Source: a virus
Taxonomy: Duplodnaviria; Caudoviricetes
IMG/VR virus record: IMGVR_UViG_3300044477_000069
Span: 1-39,289 of that record
Reading direction: 5' to 3' (one strand)
DNA length: 39,289 nt
This document shows positions 33,644-39,289 of the stretch, piece by piece; the stretch's first letter is position 1, and each line of letters starts with the position of its first letter. A model generated the notes under the pieces. The model searched no databases and had not been told where the DNA came from. It saw nothing but the letters and a program-made list of their open reading frames with translations. The translations under genes and the position numbers were made by a program.

Positions 33644-33906
33644 TTACCCCCGGTAAATCGAATTTCTTTTATCTTGTCCATAATAATCGAAACATACACC
33701 GGCGAGAAACAAGATGCAATCCCCACTCCTGAAAAGATAACATCATCGATTCCAATATCAGCCGGTGCGCTAATAAATTTTACGGCAGACCATGCGGCAA
33801 TCCATACGGCGGCGATAACCTGGCCGATCAATGATAACGTTTTGGCTCGTCCCGGTTTTTCTTCTACCGAGTCATCGGGCTGATTGATTTTATTTTCATC
33901 TGACAT
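33640..33906 (-). CDS. Two-TM membrane protein, holin candidate
   Basis: Two hydrophobic helices and charged termini; RBS AGGAGG. Confidence 0.5.
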   Translation of the reverse strand: MSDENKINQPDDSVEEKPGRAKTLSLIGQVIAAVWIAAWSAVKFISAPADIGIDDVIFSGVGIASCFSPVYVSIIMDKIKEIRFTGGK

Positions 33907-33914
33907 AATGCCTC

Positions 33915-34475
33915 CTATATCTCGTTGAATGTTCCATCAAAAGTAAAAACGGCATCATTTGCGGCGCTTGTCGCTCTCAAAAGATATTTTGTATTTGCTT
34001 TTAAGACACGTTCGGCAGATTGTCTTGATGATGCGTTAACCCTTGATACGCCGCCTGACGATCCAAGTATTTGTCTTTTCGCCCCGGCTATTTCCGTTCC
34101 GTCATTTGTGGCCGTAAACGTTCCGTAAAACTTAACTCCCAAAGCGACAGCCGCCGCCGCGAGATCCCTATTCAAATTAGCCGGAATAATTTCTCCGGAT
34201 TCGCTTTCTGCCGTAATTGTAGGCCCTTCAAATAATTGGAATTGTACTCTTGCGCCAATAGAGGCCAGCTCATAAAAAAGATGAACTGTTTTAGATCCGG
34301 TTTGAATCAATACTGTTTTCGGTGATGCAATATCTAAATCAAGAGATTCCCAATGAACCTCATATAAAACGCCCTCGTGAACCCTTGCATGGGCATATTC
34401 AATTTGTCCAAGAAATCCGCTAACGTCTACATGAGCCTCGACGTTTTGGTCTAATTTATTTTTGAACCCTGTCAT
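33915..34475 (-). CDS. Hypothetical beta-rich protein, possibly virion-associated
   Basis: RBS GAGGT; lies within head module. Confidence 0.6.
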   Translation of the reverse strand: MTGFKNKLDQNVEAHVDVSGFLGQIEYAHARVHEGVLYEVHWESLDLDIASPKTVLIQTGSKTVHLFYELASIGARVQFQLFEGPTITAESESGEIIPANLNRDLAAAAVALGVKFYGTFTATNDGTEIAGAKRQILGSSGGVSRVNASSRQSAERVLKANTKYLLRATSAANDAVFTFDGTFNEI

Positions 34476-34482
34476 AATTACC

Positions 34483-34770
34483 TCACTTTAAAATAGCAAC
34501 AAGTACGGCGGCGGCGGCGGCTACCCATGGGCCAAACGATTGAATCAATGCTGGCATGCCTTGATAAAACTTTTTCAAAGCATCCTCGACGGCTTTCTGT
34601 AATATCTGAGGCTCTTCGATATGATGCTCTATAACTTTTTGCATTTGATCCTCCAAGTCATCTGTTCTTCCAACAATTCCCTTGACTCCGTTTCCCATTA
34701 CTATAAGCCATAGCTTTTCGAATCTTTTCTCAATAGGCATTTCGGGTGCAATTTTTTCAGCTTCATTCAT
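34483..34770 (-). CDS. Hypothetical protein with C-terminal TM segment
   Basis: GNG.KG motif, coiled coil, hydrophobic C-terminus. Confidence 0.6.
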   Translation of the reverse strand: MNEAEKIAPEMPIEKRFEKLWLIVMGNGVKGIVGRTDDLEDQMQKVIEHHIEEPQILQKAVEDALKKFYQGMPALIQSFGPWVAAAAAVLVAILK

Positions 34771-36406
34771 TCATGCCTCCGTCTTTTTTGCTTTCATCAT
34801 CTTCCGGATCTTCTTTCTGTATTGAATTAAAATTAGAAGATGATTCTTTTGGTTGAACTGATTTATTTGCTTCTGATAATTTTTCATTTTCAGCTTTAAG
34901 CTTTGCGCAATTATCCATGAAGTCTGATCCGTTGTATATCTGGGCTTCCCTTTCTCGCGTTGTCGCTCCGGCTGCAATGCGAACATCAGCCGCGTCGGCT
35001 TCTTTTTTCGGGTCAATTGACGGATAAGATTTTCCGATCCATGAACAATCAAGCCATGCTGCCCGAATAAGCGGGCCTCCGTCGGAGAATCCTGTCAGTT
35101 TTATTTTATTCTGTCTTACTTCTTCGGATAGCCAGGCTTCAAAAATCGGATTTAAAAATTGACTTGCAAAATGCGCTCGATCCTTTATGACCTTATTCCA
35201 AAACAAAAGTAAAGAAGCCCTTGATGCTGAATAGTTAGCATTAAAACTTTCACGTAATACTTCGATCGGAATACTTAATGACGCCGATACTGATTCCATT
35301 ACCGCATCAATAAATCCTTTAAAGTTTACATTCGGCCTTGAAGTTGCGAAGCTGGAAATCTTTTCCCCGGCCTTAAGATTCTGGACAAACCATCCAGGCT
35401 TTGAGAATGTGGTCTGATTATCGCTTGAGTTTTGTTCGTTGCTTGTCGATCCGTTTTTATTTGCATTCTTTATAGCATCTAAAACCTTAGATGCGTTTTT
35501 GTCCGGTGAAGGTTCGACCCATGACGCGATGCAAGCATTAAGAACGGCGGCCTCAATTTCGGCCACTTCATAATCAGTAATCTTTTTTAATTCGTGGACA
35601 ACGGGCGCAAGTATCGGCGTCCCTCTTACTGATCCCAAAATATCTGATATCATTGGATGAATTACAAAACGCTTTGAAGCTCCAAAGCATGGAATCCTTT
35701 TTGATTTTAATGTAATAGGATCTTGAACATAAATAGCTATTTCTTTTCCGTTTGAATCAATTTCGATTCCGTCCTCGATTCGGCGTCCTGCTGCTTTCAC
35801 TGCATCCAAAATAATACTATTAAGCGGAGTCTGTACCTGCTCAGGTAAAATTGTCTGCATCGATAAAGTGGACATCCGACTGGAATCATCGTTATATCTG
35901 AGAATCCCGAATAATTCCCCGTCTCTCATTTCGTTAAGATTTACAAATCCCTGCAATTCGTATCCGCTTAATTTCCCAGATGCGTCCAATTCTTTCGACG
36001 CCATGAAAAGATGAAAACGTAATTCAATATCTCTGACAATTTTTCTTCTTGTTTCTTCTTCAGTTCCTACGCCTTCCAATAGTTCCCATATAGGCGTTGA
36101 TTGTAAAACTAAACCGTCATTAATTACGTTATCATTTAATCGCCCTAACATAGCGCGGGCATGTGAACTTTCAAAATATGATAATCTTGATCGATCTCTT
36201 AATACTTCATTATCTAATCCCCATGCGCCTGGATATTTCATCCCGCCGCTGAACTTCGATCCGTCAAATAAAGTTGAATTTTTAAATCCGCCGTTATGAC
36301 TCCAAGAGACGGCTTTATCATTCATGACATCTAATGCGAGTTTTACTTTTTCTCTAAATTTCAATTTCTGATTAATTTTAATACCTCTCGAATCTTGGGA
36401 ATTCAA
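34763..36406 (-). CDS. Portal protein, lambda family
   Basis: LR.RSR, DGE, I.DGIE.D..G...A, RG.P.LAP, NYSASRA.LL, IDP.KEA.A. Confidence 0.92.
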   Translation of the reverse strand: MNSQDSRGIKINQKLKFREKVKLALDVMNDKAVSWSHNGGFKNSTLFDGSKFSGGMKYPGAWGLDNEVLRDRSRLSYFESSHARAMLGRLNDNVINDGLVLQSTPIWELLEGVGTEEETRRKIVRDIELRFHLFMASKELDASGKLSGYELQGFVNLNEMRDGELFGILRYNDDSSRMSTLSMQTILPEQVQTPLNSIILDAVKAAGRRIEDGIEIDSNGKEIAIYVQDPITLKSKRIPCFGASKRFVIHPMISDILGSVRGTPILAPVVHELKKITDYEVAEIEAAVLNACIASWVEPSPDKNASKVLDAIKNANKNGSTSNEQNSSDNQTTFSKPGWFVQNLKAGEKISSFATSRPNVNFKGFIDAVMESVSASLSIPIEVLRESFNANYSASRASLLLFWNKVIKDRAHFASQFLNPIFEAWLSEEVRQNKIKLTGFSDGGPLIRAAWLDCSWIGKSYPSIDPKKEADAADVRIAAGATTREREAQIYNGSDFMDNCAKLKAENEKLSEANKSVQPKESSSNFNSIQKEDPEDDESKKDGGMNE

Positions 36407-36614
36407 TTCCAGACGATCCGCCTTCCGATGATATGGCGTCTTCTAATTCCGTTTCAAGCATGCTGATGGTTTTATTTATTTCTGATAGGTTTGCACGGGT
36501 GACAGATTGCTTTCCCTGGCCGCTGTCATGCATGTAGCTTTGCGCGTCCATTGCTTTTAAGCGGATCGAATATGCCGCGTCAAGGTCTGCTTGTATTGCC
36601 GTGCTTGATCTCAT
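36378..36614 (-). CDS. Head-tail adaptor (lambda gpW-like)
   Basis: QSY....G.QSVTRANL.EI...I..LE; between terL and portal. Confidence 0.75.
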   Translation of the reverse strand: MRSSTAIQADLDAAYSIRLKAMDAQSYMHDSGQGKQSVTRANLSEINKTISMLETELEDAISSEGGSSGIEFPRFERY

Positions 36615-36621
36615 TAATCGG

Positions 36622-36651
36622 ATAATACCCCTTTATAGTTTAATTTGTCAA
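36622..36651 (-). promoter_or_regulatory. Promoter ahead of gpW/portal, possibly leaderless
   Basis: TTGACA-18bp-TATTAT; ATG 7 nt after the -10 box. Confidence 0.55.
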
Positions 36652-38555
36652 GTTTTATTTGTAGACTCTACCAAATCCCAAAATGTCGGCCAGTCAAGGC
36701 GCTCTTCATCTGGCATAATTTCAGCTTGCAAAGTTTCCGCAATAAAAGACAGCGCGGCCATATTATAGACCCTTACGTCAAGCGCCTCATTCCTTTCCCT
36801 GACCTGTACCCATGCTAGTTTTGTAGTTCCATTTTTATTTTTTACCGGGATTCTTTTTTCAGCCGTGAGCATTTGAAAATATTTTTCTCCGTACTCAACA
36901 GGGAAATGGCAATAGCCAATAGGATATTTCCCGCCGTCTTCCGGCTTCCCTTTTTGTAAATATCCGTACAATTCAGATTTAAAAATACTTGTCTGAATAT
37001 CAACGCGCTTGACAGAATATCCGGCAACGTCTCGCAATGTAAAATATTTTTTCCCATAAGAATTTGAAGATTCTCCCATTACCGGAAATACTCCAGAAGG
37101 AAATTGTTCGCAAAATTGATATACAGTCGAAGTTCTATACCCCGCATCTATAAATGACATAACTACATTTTTTCCGCAATATTCGGCAGTTATCGCCGCG
37201 TTTAATTGTTTCCATGCATCAGAAATTAAGTCATTTGTATCGCCATAAAAAACAAAATAATTAATTGACCAGCTTTCTTTATCCCGTCCCCACGCGATAA
37301 CCTCAGCCTCGATTCTATCTGCCTGAACGTCGGCAGCCAGTGTAATCAATAGCGGCTTTGCATCATCTGGAATTGATCCTACCTGATAATCTTCACGCTT
37401 CAACATAATCATTGCAAACGGCGGAGCCTCTCCGCGCTCTTGATAAGTCTCACCGAGTACCGTATTAATAAATGTTTTTAATCTGGACTGATCGCCTTTA
37501 ATCCCGATCCATTCTTGAATAATACTTTCCCACGATCTAAAACCGACTGGAGAATATAAAGAGCTGAGATGATAAGATCTATAATTCGGTTCAATCGCCT
37601 GACATTCTGAGCGCCATTCTCCTTTTCCTAGAAAAAAAATCTTGTCATCATTCTTCCACGGCTTCGCGCAATACTCACAAACATACCGAACAGAATCCCA
37701 AATCAGAATACCTTTTTCATCAAGATCATATTTTAAATGATCGAATTTTAATTCTTGCATTTCTCCGCAATGTTTACACGGAACAAACCATTTCCGACGA
37801 TCCCCATTTTCATAAAGAGTTTTTATCCGGCTTGTCCCGTCTACCAACGGCGTAGAAATATATAAAAGTTTTCTTGTCCTTTCGAATGCGTCCGTTCGTC
37901 TTTCCGCCAGAATAAGCGGATCGCCTTCCTCGCCAACTTCCGAAGGATAGGCGTCAACTTCGTCGAATAATATTTTCTGAACTGAAAACTGCCTAAGCTT
38001 CGCGCCCGTATTTGGCCCGACTGGTAAAAGAAAACCGCCCGGGAATTCTTTCTTGCTTTTTGTATCCCCTGTTTTTCTTCCGTGTTTTTTTTCAGTCTGT
38101 GAAAATATCTTATGCGCAATCCCAGCCGACTCAAGCATGCGGTCAATTCTTAATTCGATAGCAGTCTCGGCCATTTCTTTATCGCCTGATATAAACATCA
38201 TCGGGCCGGGATCGTGGTCAATCGTATATCCTAAAATATTTTCAAGGACGCCGACCGTCATGGCAATTTGAGCGCCTTTCATTATGGCTACTTTTTGAAC
38301 AGGCGAATCTTCCGAAAAACAATCGGCTATCTCTTTTGCATATGGAATTACTTCCCATCTAAACGGGCCAGGATAAGGCGTCAATCCTGGAAGTAGTATT
38401 CTTTTTTCCGTTGCCCATTCAGAGACGGACTTTCTATTTATTTCACAAGGGAATATATCGTCAATCAAATCTTTTAAATAATCAATTTGTTCCTGACGGT
38501 CTTCATCGCTGACTATATTTTTAAAGCTTATTTTTTTATTCTGTGACATTTCCAA
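36648..38555 (-). CDS. terL: Terminase large subunit, lambda GpA family
   Basis: MKGAQ, FPGG, FDEVDAYP, EGDP..LAE.RT.AF, ISTP, PCKHCG, ADVQADR, RNEALD. Confidence 0.96.
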   Translation of the reverse strand: MEMSQNKKISFKNIVSDEDRQEQIDYLKDLIDDIFPCEINRKSVSEWATEKRILLPGLTPYPGPFRWEVIPYAKEIADCFSEDSPVQKVAIMKGAQIAMTVGVLENILGYTIDHDPGPMMFISGDKEMAETAIELRIDRMLESAGIAHKIFSQTEKKHGRKTGDTKSKKEFPGGFLLPVGPNTGAKLRQFSVQKILFDEVDAYPSEVGEEGDPLILAERRTDAFERTRKLLYISTPLVDGTSRIKTLYENGDRRKWFVPCKHCGEMQELKFDHLKYDLDEKGILIWDSVRYVCEYCAKPWKNDDKIFFLGKGEWRSECQAIEPNYRSYHLSSLYSPVGFRSWESIIQEWIGIKGDQSRLKTFINTVLGETYQERGEAPPFAMIMLKREDYQVGSIPDDAKPLLITLAADVQADRIEAEVIAWGRDKESWSINYFVFYGDTNDLISDAWKQLNAAITAEYCGKNVVMSFIDAGYRTSTVYQFCEQFPSGVFPVMGESSNSYGKKYFTLRDVAGYSVKRVDIQTSIFKSELYGYLQKGKPEDGGKYPIGYCHFPVEYGEKYFQMLTAEKRIPVKNKNGTTKLAWVQVRERNEALDVRVYNMAALSFIAETLQAEIMPDEERLDWPTFWDLVESTNKT

Positions 38556-39171
38556 AATCTGCTTTTAATAAAACTTCTTTTGCTGCTTTTAATGCTTTGG
38601 ATATTTCATCCTCAAGTAAACTTTGAACAGTCTTATTCTTTTCTCCAGATTTTACCAAGGCCACAATTCTCGGGGCCATAACTTTCGGCATTCCTAATAA
38701 TCGCATTTTAATTTCCGCCCCTAGCTTTCCAATCACTTGCCTGACTAAATCTCTTTCGACCAATTCGCCGAGGCGTTCAAGCCGTTTTTGTTTTACGCTC
38801 CGAATCTGCTCACGCTTATATCGTACTTCTGCATCTGCTTTTTTTAGATATACCTGTGAACCATCATCAAGATCTGAATCGTTATTGTCAACTATTACCG
38901 TTTTTACTATAGCTTTTTTTTCTTCTTTCTTTTTTTCTTCATGTTCTTTTTTCGATTTCTCTTTTTTCTTCAACGGTTTTTTTTTAGTTGTATTTTTATG
39001 CGTGTATGTTTTTTTATCCTTACGTGAATCAATCCATTTTTCATTTACTGGATCTTTTTCGTTTATATTTCCATCTGAACCACATTTCAATCTTCCTTGC
39101 TTGACGGCCATTGTCACGGCTGCCCTACTGACTCCATATTTTTTTGAAAGATCCGCTTTTGTTAAAACCAT
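38536..39171 (-). CDS. terS: Terminase small subunit (Nu1-like)
   Basis: N-terminal HTH (GVSRAAVT.AVKQGRL), GELV...LLGMP...APR; directly upstream of terL. Confidence 0.85.
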   Translation of the reverse strand: MVLTKADLSKKYGVSRAAVTMAVKQGRLKCGSDGNINEKDPVNEKWIDSRKDKKTYTHKNTTKKKPLKKKEKSKKEHEEKKKEEKKAIVKTVIVDNNDSDLDDGSQVYLKKADAEVRYKREQIRSVKQKRLERLGELVERDLVRQVIGKLGAEIKMRLLGMPKVMAPRIVALVKSGEKNKTVQSLLEDEISKALKAAKEVLLKADFGNVTE

Positions 39172-39273
39172 AAAGCCCCCAAGTTGGATATTAAATCATT
39201 AATAGCGATTTAACAAGTCAAATCAATATTGGTTAACTTTGGAAAAATTGCTGCATGATGTAAGAGTTTCGGG

Positions 39274-39289
39274 GTCACGCAGACAACCC
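39274..39289. repeat. Right copy of 16-nt terminal repeat (putative cosN)
   Basis: Identical to 1-16; ~100 bp upstream of terS. Confidence 0.9.

Overview
The window looks like a complete ~39.3-kb tailed phage genome with a contractile tail. It carries a 16-nt terminal direct repeat just upstream of the terminase small subunit, consistent with a cos end. Almost all genes are on the minus strand. Reading from the right end: a lambda-type packaging module (terS, GpA-family terL, gpW-like, lambda-family portal, S49 protease with nested scaffold), a Mu gpT-like capsid, a Mu-like sheath/tube/baseplate, a tail fibre and putative spanins. These are followed by a replication/recombination module (primase-helicase, SNF2-helicase-methyltransferase fusion, VRR-NUC, DEAD helicase, YqaJ, RecT, SSB) and small accessory genes. 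Only two AbrB-like genes lie on the plus strand. I recognised no integrase, CI-type repressor, transposase or partition genes. The most striking features are non-coding: (1) a ~450-nt gap at 7680-8130 containing a nested multi-helix RNA and a tRNA-like domain; (2) a structured leader with two complementary loops upstream of the primase operon (17290-17411); (3) a ~325-bp dyad-symmetric iteron array next to the genome end (70-394). Also notable are a 45x Cys-x-x repeat protein and a glycosyltransferase-like gene next to the capsid gene. All family assignments come from motif recognition by eye, not database searches.
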